Positions 7,402 through 17,695 of a stretch of DNA of 64,000 nucleotides are shown one piece after another. Origin of the DNA: an uncultured delta proteobacterium (GTDB lineage: Bacteria > Desulfobacterota > Desulfobaccia > Desulfobaccales > 0-14-0-80-60-11). The stretch is taken from positions 160,001 through 224,000 of the forward strand of contig CAWETI010000003.1 in the NCBI GenBank assembly GCA_963812015.1, written 5' to 3'. Position 1 is the first letter of the stretch; every line of letters begins with the position of its first letter. The notes under the pieces were generated by a model, which worked only from the letters and a program-made list of their open reading frames with translations, was not told the DNA's origin and ran no database searches. Both the position numbers and the translations under genes were made by a program.

Positions 7402-9429
7402 ATGAATCAAGACCTACCGATGAGAATAGATTTTCTTGGGCGTATTAGAAATACTCAATTAGCCGCCTCTAATTATCTACAGCCACTTTTTGAAGCAATT
7501 ACTAACTCTTTTGATGCCATCGAGGATAAAGGTAATTTTACTCATGGAGTAGTGCGAGTCAATTTGCATCGACGCAAACAGAGGGAGATCGAGACAGGGG
7601 ACTTCTCAAAAGAACCAATAATCTCTTTTGAGATTGAGGATAATGGGATCGGATTTAATAATAAAAATTACGAATCATTCCTTACAGCTGATAGCACATT
7701 AAAACATGAAAGAGGGGGAAAGGGGGTTGGCCGTTTTATTTGGTTAAAGGCATTTAAAAATATTCATATTGAAAGTGTTTTTGAAGAAAATGGACATAAA
7801 TGGCGACGGGCCTTTGAATTTTCTCATACACCCAATGGAATTGAGGGCCATGAGACACAACAGGTCGCTTATGGCATTTCCTTATTAACACGAGTATTAT
7901 TAGAACAGTTTGAGGAAAAATACCAGGAAAAATGCCCTAGAGATGCTTCAATAATCGCACGAAGGATAATTGAACATTTTTATGAATATTTTATATTTCA
8001 AAACATCCATGAAATTCATATCATTTACCTTGCATCTCAAGAGAATTATGATCTAAATGCCATTTTTTCGGAAGAGTTTAAGCCTAATTTAGTCACAAAA
8101 TATTTTGAAATAGAGAATGAAAAATTCACTATTCATGATGTCCTTATAAAAAGACCACGGGACCGGCAGCATCAGGCTCATTTTTGTGCAAATCGACGTG
8201 TGGTGAAATCAGAACCCTTATCTGGCAAAATTCCGCATCTCGAAAGCGCATTACATGATGAGTTTGGAAATACAATATTTTATTCTGCATTTGTATCAAG
8301 TCCTTTTCTTGACAAGAGGGTCGATCCTGACCGGACTGGTTTCCGTATTATTCAAAGCACATCTCTTCCATTTCCTGGAGAAGTAACTTGGCAAGAATTA
8401 CTCGATAATGTTGTAAAAAAATCTAAAGAATCTCTTCAGCCGTATACAACCCAAGCCTGTGAAGAAATATTAGAACGTGTTCAAACTTATGTGGAAAATG
8501 AAGAACCAAGGTATAGATATTTGCTTTCCAGTCATCGAGATGCTGTTGAAGAAATTCCTGTAACAACTACTGGGGCAAAATTAGAAATGGCATTGCATAA
8601 GATTCACTTTGAAATAAAAACTCAATTAAAACAAGAAATTCAAGAGCATCTGTCGCAAGATGAAAGTAAAATAACAGATTGGCAATCCCATAGAGAGCAA
8701 TTTCAAAATATTTTTCAGAAACTGAACGAAGTTACAAAATCGGAACTAGCAGAATACGTTGTGCATCGAAGGGCTGTTTTGTCATTCCTTGATAAAATAT
8801 TAGGGAAGGACGAGAATGAAAAATATGCAAAAGAGGGAGCTCTGCATGAAATTATTTTCCCACTTCGGAAGACTTCGGATGATATAGAACTTAAGGACCA
8901 TAATCTTTGGATAGTCGATGAAAGGTTAGCTTATCATCTCTACTTAGCTTCTGATCTACAGTTTAAGCAGCAAATTGCTTCTCCTGTTAATGTCGAAAGT
9001 TTGTGCCGTCCAGATATTATAATTTTTAATAAAGCATTGGCTTTGACCGAAGGAGATTATCCTTTTAATTCAATAGTAATTATAGAATTTAAGAGACCAG
9101 AGCGTAATGAATATGGGGAGAAGGATAATCCAATAGATCAAATTTATGATTATATCCGACTTATAAAAGCAGGTAAAGCGAAGGATAAAGATAACAAAAC
9201 GATAGAGGTTTCCCCTTCTGTTCAATTTTACTGTTATGTTATTGCGACACTATCGCCTGAATTAATAAAAGGAGTTGATAATTATAGCTTTACTCCAACG
9301 CCGGATGGACTTGGATACTTTTTTTATAATACTAAATATAATGCCTATATTGAATTAATTTCTTATCGTAAATTGATATCAGATGCAAAAAAGCGTAATA
9401 AGGCATTTTTTAATAAGCTATGTCTTTAA
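7402..9429 (+). CDS. GHKL (HATPase_c/MORC-like) ATPase fused to a C-terminal PD-(D/E)xK nuclease-like domain; candidate defence protein
   Basis: LFEAITNSFDA, IEDNGIGF, GGKGVGRF GHKL motifs; RPDIIIF...IVIIEFKRP nuclease motif. GAGGTG RBS before ATG 7402. Strongly AT-rich relative to flanks. Confidence 0.8.
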   Translation: MNQDLPMRIDFLGRIRNTQLAASNYLQPLFEAITNSFDAIEDKGNFTHGVVRVNLHRRKQREIETGDFSKEPIISFEIEDNGIGFNNKNYESFLTADSTLKHERGGKGVGRFIWLKAFKNIHIESVFEENGHKWRRAFEFSHTPNGIEGHETQQVAYGISLLTRVLLEQFEEKYQEKCPRDASIIARRIIEHFYEYFIFQNIHEIHIIYLASQENYDLNAIFSEEFKPNLVTKYFEIENEKFTIHDVLIKRPRDRQHQAHFCANRRVVKSEPLSGKIPHLESALHDEFGNTIFYSAFVSSPFLDKRVDPDRTGFRIIQSTSLPFPGEVTWQELLDNVVKKSKESLQPYTTQACEEILERVQTYVENEEPRYRYLLSSHRDAVEEIPVTTTGAKLEMALHKIHFEIKTQLKQEIQEHLSQDESKITDWQSHREQFQNIFQKLNEVTKSELAEYVVHRRAVLSFLDKILGKDENEKYAKEGALHEIIFPLRKTSDDIELKDHNLWIVDERLAYHLYLASDLQFKQQIASPVNVESLCRPDIIIFNKALALTEGDYPFNSIVIIEFKRPERNEYGEKDNPIDQIYDYIRLIKAGKAKDKDNKTIEVSPSVQFYCYVIATLSPELIKGVDNYSFTPTPDGLGYFFYNTKYNAYIELISYRKLISDAKKRNKAFFNKLCL

Positions 9430-9489
9430 AATAAAGAATTAACTTAAGGCTACTCCTTTTTAATTATATCATTCTTTGAAAGATAAAAA

Positions 9490-11157
9490 ATGCACATCAA
9501 AAAAACCATCCGTGATCTTATCACGGCCAGTGCCGAACAGGCCCGGCAGGCTGGCCGTTTGGACTTTGAGACCCTGCCCGCCTTCGAAGTGGAGGCGACC
9601 AAGCACCCGGAGCACGGCGACCTGGCCACCAATCTGGCCCTGGTCCTGGCCAAGCAAGCCAAGATGCCGCCCCGGAAGGTGGCCGAAGTCATCATCAATA
9701 ATCTCGCGCCGCCGGAGGGCATGCTCCAGAAAGTGGAGATGGCCGGGCCCGGGTTCATCAATTTTTTCATCGCCGACTCTTTCTGGTACCGGGTGATCCC
9801 GGAAATCCACCGGCTGGGGCCGGCTTACGGCGACAGCGCGATAGGCGCCGGCGTCAAGGTCCAGGTGGAGTTCGTCAGCGCCAACCCCACCGGCCCGCTG
9901 CACATCGGCCACGGCCGGGGCGCGGCCCTGGGGGATGCCCTGGCCAGGCTGTTGAGCGCCACGGGACACCAGGTGGTGCGGGAATACTACATCAACGATG
10001 TGGGCAACCAGATCCTCACCCTGGGTAAATCTCTCTATTTCCGCCTGCGAGAGCTGCAAGGGGAGAAGGTTGACTTCCCGGAGGAAGGCTATCAGGGCGA
10101 CTATATGAAAGACCTGGCCCGGGATTACCTGGCCCAGGGCGGCGCCCCGCCCCCGCCGGAGCCCCATGCCGACACCCTTCAGACCCTGGGGCGGTACGCC
10201 GGCGATGTCATCCTGGCGGACATCAAACAGGACCTGGATGATTTCGGGGTCAGCTTTGATACTTGGTTCAGCGAAACCGAGCTCTATCGACAGGGTCTGG
10301 TGGACCAGAGCTTTTCCTTGCTCAAAGAGCAGGACTACCTCTATGAGGCCGACGGCGCTCTCTGGTTCCGGGCCACCCGCTTTGGGGATGAAAAAGACCG
10401 GGTGGTGCGGCGCAGCAACGGGGTCACCACCTACTTTGCCTCGGATGTGGCCTATCACCTGCACAAATTCCGGCAGGGCTATGACCAGGTGGTGGATATC
10501 TGGGGGGCCGACCACCACGGCTATGTGCCCCGGCTCCAGGCCGCGGTCCAGGCCCTGGGGTTTCCCGGCCGCCTGAAGGTGATCCTGGTGCAACTGGTGT
10601 CGCTGTTGCGCCAAGGGGAGCCCGTGGCCATGACCACCCGGGGGGGCACTTTCGTCACCTTGAGAGAGGTCATCGACGAAGTGGGGAAAGATGCCGCCCG
10701 CTTCATCTTCCTAACCCGGCGGCCCGACGCCCAACTGGAGTTCGATCTGGAAGTGGCCAAACAGCAGAGCAGCGATAACCCGGTTTATTATGTCCAGTAT
10801 GCCCACGCCCGGCTGGTCTCGGTCTTTCGCCAGGCCGCGGCCCAGGGCCTCGAGATGCAAGAGCTTGATCCGGCGAGGTTTTCCCGGTTGACCCTCCCGG
10901 AGGAGCTGACCATCCTCAAGATGCTGGCCAATTATCCGGAACTGGTGGAGGGGGCGGCCCGCAATCTGGAGCCGCATCGGATCACTTATTTCTTGACTGA
11001 ACTGGCCGCTCAATTGCATAGTTATTATTACAAGCATCGCTTTATCTCTGACGACGTCGAGCTGACCCAGGCCCGCTTCTGGCTGGTGAGCGGCGTAAAA
11101 ACCGTGCTGGCCCATGGCCTGGGGATCTTAGGGGTGGAGGCCCCGGAATCCATGTAA
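9490..11157 (+). CDS. argS: Arginine--tRNA ligase
   Basis: EFVSANPTGPLHIGHGR (HIGH motif), EYYINDVG, WGADHHGY, NPVYYVQYAHAR, APESM C-terminus. Confidence 0.98.
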   Translation: MHIKKTIRDLITASAEQARQAGRLDFETLPAFEVEATKHPEHGDLATNLALVLAKQAKMPPRKVAEVIINNLAPPEGMLQKVEMAGPGFINFFIADSFWYRVIPEIHRLGPAYGDSAIGAGVKVQVEFVSANPTGPLHIGHGRGAALGDALARLLSATGHQVVREYYINDVGNQILTLGKSLYFRLRELQGEKVDFPEEGYQGDYMKDLARDYLAQGGAPPPPEPHADTLQTLGRYAGDVILADIKQDLDDFGVSFDTWFSETELYRQGLVDQSFSLLKEQDYLYEADGALWFRATRFGDEKDRVVRRSNGVTTYFASDVAYHLHKFRQGYDQVVDIWGADHHGYVPRLQAAVQALGFPGRLKVILVQLVSLLRQGEPVAMTTRGGTFVTLREVIDEVGKDAARFIFLTRRPDAQLEFDLEVAKQQSSDNPVYYVQYAHARLVSVFRQAAAQGLEMQELDPARFSRLTLPEELTILKMLANYPELVEGAARNLEPHRITYFLTELAAQLHSYYYKHRFISDDVELTQARFWLVSGVKTVLAHGLGILGVEAPESM

Positions 11158-11174
11158 ATCACTGGGAGAACCCT

Positions 11175-12002
11175 GTGCGGCAACAATTGCGATTACCTGG
11201 TTTCTTGCAGAAACAAGCCAAGGGAGAAGATGTGGAGACAGACCGGGGCAGAAAAGGCAAAAAGGCCGGTTGGCATGTGACTCTGAGGCTCAAGGACGTC
11301 ATCTTCGCAGGTATCGGCGTGGTGGGCTTGATGATGATGAGTTTCGCCCTGGGAGCCCTGGCCGGACGGGGAGATATCTACCGGGCGGCTTACTCCTGGG
11401 GTTTGCTGAACCCTGAAGCGGCCAAGGTGGCCCAGTGGGTCCCGGCGCCTGGACCTCCCGCGGTGGCCCCGACGGCGTCGCTCGGCACCGCGACCTCCCC
11501 CACCGTTGCCGCCGTTCCGGCTCCGCCGGCTCCGATCCCGGTGGCCGCCAAGCCGGCCCCCCCGGCTCCAGTAACCGGGTCCATCGCTGCCCTCCCCAAT
11601 CCCGCCGCGGCCAAGAAAAAGGGCAAAACCGGCGCCACCCACCGCGACCCCAAATCCGGGGAAGAGGAATTGCGGCGGGAGCGTCAGGAGATGGTCCAGA
11701 AGCTCAAGTTTCAAAACAGTTTCGACACCAGTCCCAAGCCTAAGCTGCCCAAAGCCAAAGACCACGAAAAGGCCCAGCCAACTCAGGTGCGGGTAGCTCA
11801 GTTTCGGAGTAGTAAAGATGCCCAGGCCAAGGTAGCCGAACTGCAGAAAAAAGGGGTGAAGGCGACCCTCAAACAGACCAAAGACTCCCAAGGGACCTTG
11901 TTTATCGTTTATAAACCCGGCCCTGCCCCGGCAAGCGCCGAGAAGCTGGCCCAAAAGCCGCATAAAAGTGACGGCGCCACCCCCAAACCCACAGACGATT
12001 AG
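11175..12002 (+). CDS. SPOR-domain (FtsN-like) membrane-anchored cell division protein
   Basis: Single TM, Pro/Ala-rich linker, C-terminal QVRVAQFRSSKDAQAKVAELQKKG resembling SPOR; directly downstream of argS, a common synteny. Confidence 0.7.
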   Translation: MRQQLRLPGFLQKQAKGEDVETDRGRKGKKAGWHVTLRLKDVIFAGIGVVGLMMMSFALGALAGRGDIYRAAYSWGLLNPEAAKVAQWVPAPGPPAVAPTASLGTATSPTVAAVPAPPAPIPVAAKPAPPAPVTGSIAALPNPAAAKKKGKTGATHRDPKSGEEELRRERQEMVQKLKFQNSFDTSPKPKLPKAKDHEKAQPTQVRVAQFRSSKDAQAKVAELQKKGVKATLKQTKDSQGTLFIVYKPGPAPASAEKLAQKPHKSDGATPKPTDD

Positions 12003-12342
12003 CCCTGCCTCTCGTCCTGGCGGTAGGGAAGTGCCGCCCCTCGCCCCGGTGGACGGCCGCCTCTAGCTTGGCCCCGAGGATATGCGGGGCGCCGGCCCGG
12101 ACCGTCAGCCTGGCCACGGCGGGATTCCGCCCTTCCCCTCAGTGAACCCCGTTTTTTTCCACCCCCCACGTTTGCGCCACACCCTGAGCCGGACGACCCG
12201 AAAACCTGGATGAGGTCGGGAGACCGGAACCGGGACCTTCACCTGCTCTCGCCAATGCCTAAACTTTCAGGAAGACAGGGCCTCAGCCCCCATACTTCCC
12301 CCGTTAACCCCCAAGCTTTCCCCGATTAAACGCCTAAATTCC

Positions 12343-12358
12343 TGGCACAGATCGTGCT
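12343..12358 (+). promoter_or_regulatory. sigma54 (-24/-12) promoter
   Basis: TGGCACAGATCGTGCT has GG-N10-GC spacing and lies about 145 bp upstream of a PEP-CTERM-like gene. Confidence 0.7.
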
Positions 12359-12501
12359 CTCTACCCAAAGCAACAAGCAAAGCATCTGGGCCAGATGATC
12401 GAGACCCCGGGTAAATGATGCGCAGGGTTACCGGTGTCCGCCTCAGCAGGTGCATTGGGGGCATACCAGTTGACCATAAACAATGAGGGAAGGAGCCGGC
12501 C

Positions 12502-13197
12502 ATGAAAAAAATGCTGATCATCATCGCCACGGTTTGGTTGGTGCTGGGTCTTAATTACGGGGCGTCGGCCTGGATCTATATGCCCAATTACGGCGATACC
12601 GGCTGGCAGACCTATACCTATACCGCCGGCCCCGCGGGGTTCACCGGCACGGTGGGGTTTGTGGCGAGTAATGTCATTGATACTTCTGCCTACCCCGAAT
12701 TGCTCCTGGATAACCTGAAGGGGGGCGGGGGAACCAACCTGGGATTCGAGAACGGCCTTACGGGATACACTCTGGTGGGCGGGAGCTCCGCCAACGTCAC
12801 TGGCTCGGTGACCGCATACAGTTACACCAGGTATACGCCCACCGAGGGTATTGCCTTTGCCGATCTCCAGGGTCTCTATAACGGAGTTGCCACCTCCCAG
12901 TTTTCTAATGCCTCCGGGCAGGCCGGCACCGTCGGCTCGATTCTGGAAAGGGTGATAACCCTGAACTCCGGAGCAACATTTTCCTTTGACTGGGCTTTCC
13001 TGGCGGGTGATATGAGTCCCTGGAATGATTTTGCCCTGTTTTACCTGAAAGACCAAAACGGCATCGTGTTTTCCATGGGGTTGGCCCAGATAGGTTCCGC
13101 CCCGGCGGTCCCCATCCCGGCTTCTTTCCTGCTGCTGGGCAGTGGCCTCCTCGGTCTGCTGGGTTTAGCCTGGAAGGGTAAAAAGCAGGCTGGCTAG
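12502..13197 (+). CDS. PEP-CTERM/VPLPA-CTERM-type exosortase target surface protein
   Basis: N-terminal signal peptide, Gly/Thr/Ser-rich body, C-terminal VPIPA + TM helix + basic tail (KGKKQ). AAGGAG RBS. Confidence 0.88.
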   Translation: MKKMLIIIATVWLVLGLNYGASAWIYMPNYGDTGWQTYTYTAGPAGFTGTVGFVASNVIDTSAYPELLLDNLKGGGGTNLGFENGLTGYTLVGGSSANVTGSVTAYSYTRYTPTEGIAFADLQGLYNGVATSQFSNASGQAGTVGSILERVITLNSGATFSFDWAFLAGDMSPWNDFALFYLKDQNGIVFSMGLAQIGSAPAVPIPASFLLLGSGLLGLLGLAWKGKKQAG

Positions 13198-13337
13198 CTT
13201 GATCTGACCTGAGTCGAGCCAGGGGGGATCATTTAAATCACCTGTGGGCTGATCTAATCCGGAGGTATTGACCCGGATCCTGTCGATTAGTGGAAAGGCG
13301 AGAGGACTGATTCCCAGTGACCGCCGGGAAGGCATGG

Positions 13338-13685
13338 TTATAGGTCCGTCTCCCCGGTGGCGTCACCCCCCTGGCTGTCCATGGCTTCTTCCACCATTTC
13401 ATCCACCTCTCCCGGGAAGTCCTCACCCATCTCCTGACCCATCTTCTTGAGCACTTTGGCAACGCTCTTGGGATCGTTCTCATCCATCCCGCCCCAGGCC
13501 GAGGGGTCGGCCAGGCGTTCCAGACGGGTTTCTTCAGAGAGCCGCACATGCACCCGGGAGAGAACCCGTTCCAAAGAGTGGCTGCCGCACTGCCTGCACA
13601 CCGGCACAAAGGGGTGGCTCAAATTTAAAATCAAGAAACTGGAGATACGGCGACAGTCCTGGCAGCGGTATTCATAGATCGGCAT
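13338..13685 (-). CDS. FmdB-family zinc-ribbon protein
   Basis: MPIYEYRCQDC...CRQCGS motif with acidic C-terminus; AGGAGA RBS before ATG 13685. Confidence 0.85.
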   Translation of the reverse strand: MPIYEYRCQDCRRISSFLILNLSHPFVPVCRQCGSHSLERVLSRVHVRLSEETRLERLADPSAWGGMDENDPKSVAKVLKKMGQEMGEDFPGEVDEMVEEAMDSQGGDATGETDL

Positions 13686-13750
13686 GGTGTTTCTCCTGAT
13701 GCAGGGTGCAGCCGCCAGCAGACCTTTTTGCCATCCCACTGCGGCGAGGT

Positions 13751-15178
13751 CTAATTGCGTACCTTGATTTTCATTTTTCCCAGGCGGGTCAGTTCGTCTT
13801 GCACCTCGGTATAATGGGGATCGTTGGGGGACAAGTTCTTTAAGGCCTTTTGGAAATGAAACATGGCGGTGGGCAGGGCTTTCACCTTAAGGCTATGAAA
13901 GCCCAAATAATAATGGGCCAGACCCATTTGCCCCTTCTCGCCGTAAAGAGTCCCCAAGTCGTAGTAGACTTCGCTAAAGGTGGGATTGAGCTTGTGAACC
14001 TTTTCAAACAGGGGTAAGGCCAGATCGCCCTTTTTGCTCTCTTGATAAATCCGCCCCAGATAATAAAGGGCCACGTCGTCCTGGGGATAACGCTGGGAAA
14101 GCTCACTAAATTTTTCTAACGCCGCGGGATACTGATTGTGGTCAAAATAAAAAATGGCCAGATCCCGGTTGATCAGCCGGTTATCCGGGGCCAGCCGCAA
14201 GGCTTGCTGATACGCAGCCAGGGCTTCAACATGCTGCTCTAATTTGGCCAGGGCCAGGGCTCGACCATACTGGAAGGCGGGATTATTCGGCTCCCGCAAA
14301 GCCTCCTGGGTCATCCGCCGCAAGAGTTGATTCGGATTGCCGGAGAGGGACGCCAATTTGATGGTGAAATATTGAAAATCAGGATTGTCTTTCTCCGGCG
14401 GGAGCTCTTTCTGATGGATGGCCAGTTGGTGGGAGAGTTCCACGATCCGGTTATCTGTATCCGGGTGAGTGGCGAGATAGACGGGAACCTTACCTCCTTC
14501 GTACCACCGCATTTTGTTCATCTTGCTAAATATGCTAATCATATCCCGAGGGTTATACCCGGCCTTGATCATCCACTTGAACCCCGTTGAGTCAGCCTGA
14601 GCTTCAAAGTCCCGGCTGTATTTTAGCATGGCGCTTTCCCCTGCGGCCATGGACCCTATCAACAGGGGCGCCGCCATGGCCCCGCCCAGGAAAATTGACG
14701 CCAACATGCCGACTAACCCGGCGGCTGTGGCAACCCGGGCTTTTTCCATCATCTTTGACATGTGCCGCCAATAGATATGGGAAATTTCGTGGGCCATAAC
14801 CCCCGCCAGTTCCCCTTCCCGGTCGGCCATGCGAATCATACCGGTATGAATAAAGACGTAACCGCCCGGCACCGCAAAGGCATTCATCGAGGGGTCATCT
14901 ATAATAAAAAACTTGTACTGAAAAGGCTGGGGACCCATTTGGGCGACCAGTTTTTGCCCCAGGTTATTTATGTAGGATGTCAGGAATGGATCTTGGATCA
15001 GAGGGACTTCTTGCTGAATTTCCAAAAGGAATTGTTCGCCGATCTGCTTCTCTTTTTCAATGCTCAGGCCGCCGGCCAACGCATCGAGAAAAGCCCAACT
15101 GGACCGGACGGGCCCAAGGAGCAGGCTGGTGGCCAACATGATTATGGCTGCCAGCCTCCAGGGGAAAAATTTCTTCAT
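13751..15178 (-). CDS. M48 metalloprotease with TPR domain (BepA-like)
   Basis: NAFAVPGG, ELAGVMAHEISH (HExxH), YSRDFEAQAD, YLATHP, C-terminal TPR repeats. Confidence 0.9.
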   Translation of the reverse strand: MKKFFPWRLAAIIMLATSLLLGPVRSSWAFLDALAGGLSIEKEKQIGEQFLLEIQQEVPLIQDPFLTSYINNLGQKLVAQMGPQPFQYKFFIIDDPSMNAFAVPGGYVFIHTGMIRMADREGELAGVMAHEISHIYWRHMSKMMEKARVATAAGLVGMLASIFLGGAMAAPLLIGSMAAGESAMLKYSRDFEAQADSTGFKWMIKAGYNPRDMISIFSKMNKMRWYEGGKVPVYLATHPDTDNRIVELSHQLAIHQKELPPEKDNPDFQYFTIKLASLSGNPNQLLRRMTQEALREPNNPAFQYGRALALAKLEQHVEALAAYQQALRLAPDNRLINRDLAIFYFDHNQYPAALEKFSELSQRYPQDDVALYYLGRIYQESKKGDLALPLFEKVHKLNPTFSEVYYDLGTLYGEKGQMGLAHYYLGFHSLKVKALPTAMFHFQKALKNLSPNDPHYTEVQDELTRLGKMKIKVRN

Positions 15179-15573
15179 TGGCTCGACTCGGGGTCCGTAT
15201 CGGCGTCGGAAAGGGGCTCCTGGGAAGAGGTGGAGGCGTTTGGGACGTTGACGTCGGTGTCTATTGGGGTTTTGGGGGCTTCAGACCAAAGATCTTCTAA
15301 ATTATAGAACTCGCGTAGCGGCTGGAGAAAGATATGGATCACCATGGTATTGTAATCCAATAACACCCACTGCCCTTCCTCCAGACCTTCAACCCCTAAA
15401 GGCTTAACTCCGGCCTGGGCTAAGACTTCCTCCACATGTTGGGCCAGGGCCAGGACGTGACGGTGGGAACCGCCGGAGCAGATAATGAAGTAATCTGCAA
15501 ACGAACACAACTTGGTCACCTCCAGCAGCACCGGCTCTATACCCTGATAGGCGACGATGGTCCTGGTGGCCAA
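15175..15573 (-). CDS. rsfS: Ribosome silencing factor (start codon uncertain)
   Basis: FADYFIICSG, GVEG...WVLLDY...IHIF...REFYNLEDLW; downstream of nadD, a typical synteny. Confidence 0.92.
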   Translation of the reverse strand: MATRTIVAYQGIEPVLLEVTKLCSFADYFIICSGGSHRHVLALAQHVEEVLAQAGVKPLGVEGLEEGQWVLLDYNTMVIHIFLQPLREFYNLEDLWSEAPKTPIDTDVNVPNASTSSQEPLSDADTDPESSQ

Positions 15574-15628
15574 TGCTGCCAGTGCTGCCGCGCTGGGAGG
15601 GGCTGAAGTTGCCGCTGGGCGTTCCTCC

Positions 15629-16306
15629 TTAAAGATAAAGTTTATGAGTAATTATATATCCTCGCACTGCCTCCGGCAAGAGATAGCGAAGTGAGCGTCC
15701 CTGGCGCATCATATTCCTGATGCCGGTGCCTGAGATATCCATCAAAGTGGTTTCCTGGAAAACCACTTTGTGGCCGGATGGATGCTGAAAGCCTGGCTCT
15801 GCCTTGAGGGGCCGGAATAGGGGATGGACTTCCCCCATGAGCACCTCTCCCAGTCGCTGGCGGTCATACCCGGGGCGATCCAACACCACAAAGTGGCTGA
15901 GGGTGAAAAGGTCTTGATAATCCTTCCAGGTAGCAATTTCCAGAATGGCATCCAAACCCAGGATAAAATAAAGTTCCCAGGCAGGGCCCATTTCCTGGCG
16001 AATCTGACGCAGAGTTTCGATGGAGTACGATCTTCCCGCACGCCGTCCTTCCAGATCGGATACCGACATCACCGGGTGATCTCCCACCGCCAACCGGGTC
16101 ATCTCCAGGCGTACTTCGAAGGGGGTGATGTCCTGGGTGGTCTTGTGGGGCGGATGGCCGGCCGGAATAAACCAGAGGCGGGTCAAGGCCAGGGCTTCGC
16201 ACACCTCTTCCGCCGACCGCAGGTGGCCGTAGTGCACCGGATTGAATGTGCCGCCGAAAAGCCCCAGGCGCAGGGGAGCTTCAGGTTCTGATTTGCCCAT
16301 CGCCAT
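15629..16306 (-). CDS. nadD: Nicotinate-nucleotide adenylyltransferase
   Basis: [41 protein letters not shown]. Confidence 0.96.
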   Translation of the reverse strand: MAMGKSEPEAPLRLGLFGGTFNPVHYGHLRSAEEVCEALALTRLWFIPAGHPPHKTTQDITPFEVRLEMTRLAVGDHPVMSVSDLEGRRAGRSYSIETLRQIRQEMGPAWELYFILGLDAILEIATWKDYQDLFTLSHFVVLDRPGYDRQRLGEVLMGEVHPLFRPLKAEPGFQHPSGHKVVFQETTLMDISGTGIRNMMRQGRSLRYLLPEAVRGYIITHKLYL

Positions 16307-17546
16307 AGACGATAAACTTGGTTGTGGTCAGCTCTTCCAGGCCCATGGGCCCGAAGGCGTGCAGTTTGGAAGTGTTGATGCCGATTTCCGCCCCCAATCC
16401 GAGTTCGCCCCCGTCATTGAAGCGGGTGGAGGCATTGACCAAGACTACGGATGAGTCCACCTCCTGCAAAAATCGCTGGGCCCGGGCATAGTCCCGGGTA
16501 ATGATGGCTTCGGTGTGGTTGGAACTGTACCGGGCGATATGTTCCAGGGCCGCGTCCAGGGTTGGCACCACCTGCACCGCCAAAATCAGGTCCAGAAATT
16601 CCGTACCCCAATCATCCCCATGGGCCGGGACCACCTGGGGGGCAATTTCCCGGGTGCGGGGGCAACCCCGCAATTCCACCTGAGCCTGGCGGAAGCGAGC
16701 GAACATCCGGGGTAAAAACGCCGGGGCCGCGGCTTCATGGACCAGCAGGGTCTCCATGGCGTTGCATACCCCGGGACGCTGGACCTTGGCGTTGAAGCAG
16801 ACCTCTTCGGCCATGTTCAGGTCGGCGGACTCGTCCACGAAGATGTGGCATACTCCTTTGTAATGCTTCAGCACCGGGATACGGGAGTGTTCCGCCACAA
16901 AACGGATCAGCCCTTCCCCGCCCCGGGGGATGATCAGGTCCACCAACTCGTCCTGTTTTAGCAGTTCCAGGGTGGCTTCCCGGGCCACGCTGGGGATGAC
17001 TTGCACCGCCGCCTGGGGGGCACCCGCCTCGGACAGGGCGTCTTGCATTGCCTGGGCCAGGGCCAGGTTAGAGTGAAGGGCCTCCTTACCTCCCTTGAGA
17101 ATGACCGCGTTCCCACTTTTCAGACATAAGGCGGCGGCATCCACCGTGACATTGGGACGAGATTCATAAATAAAGCCGATAACTCCCAAAGGGATGCGCT
17201 GCCTCCCCACCTTAAGGCCATTAGGCCGCACCCACATACCCGTGACCGCTCCCACCGGGTCAGGCAGGGCCGCAACTTCCTGGAGGCCCTTGATCATGGA
17301 AGCGCATACCTTATCGGAAAGCGTGAGCCGGTCAACCAAGGCCGCGGGATAACCCTGGGCCCGGGCCGCCTCGACATCTTGCTGATTGGCGGTCTGGATC
17401 TGGGCCCGGCGCTCCTCGATAAGCTCCGCTACCCGCAGGATGACCCGGTCTTTGACTCCCCGGGACAGCGTGCCCAGGCGCCGGGCCGCGTCCCTGGCTT
17501 CTTGGGCCATATAATGAACCATTTCCGGAATATTCATTCTTTCCAC
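16281..17546 (-). CDS. proA: Glutamate-5-semialdehyde dehydrogenase
   Basis: [55 protein letters not shown]. Confidence 0.97.
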   Translation of the reverse strand: MERMNIPEMVHYMAQEARDAARRLGTLSRGVKDRVILRVAELIEERRAQIQTANQQDVEAARAQGYPAALVDRLTLSDKVCASMIKGLQEVAALPDPVGAVTGMWVRPNGLKVGRQRIPLGVIGFIYESRPNVTVDAAALCLKSGNAVILKGGKEALHSNLALAQAMQDALSEAGAPQAAVQVIPSVAREATLELLKQDELVDLIIPRGGEGLIRFVAEHSRIPVLKHYKGVCHIFVDESADLNMAEEVCFNAKVQRPGVCNAMETLLVHEAAAPAFLPRMFARFRQAQVELRGCPRTREIAPQVVPAHGDDWGTEFLDLILAVQVVPTLDAALEHIARYSSNHTEAIITRDYARAQRFLQEVDSSVVLVNASTRFNDGGELGLGAEIGINTSKLHAFGPMGLEELTTTKFIVYGDGQIRT

Positions 17547-17695
17547 TCCGTCGATCCCCTTAGCCTAACGATAAAATATCATACTCAGGCTGGATTAAAT
17601 ATCCATCAAATTTGGTGGGCGCAGGCAAATTCTTCGCTCCCCTGCCTCGAAGCGGCGAGGTGCTTTGCCAGGCACTCGGGAGCTTGCAGGCCTTA

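Noticed and set aside
12180..12240. CTGAG...ACCCG...AACCTG segment resembling TPP riboswitch or hammerhead pieces
   Set aside because: Core elements are incomplete and out of order, and the context is not thiamine-related.
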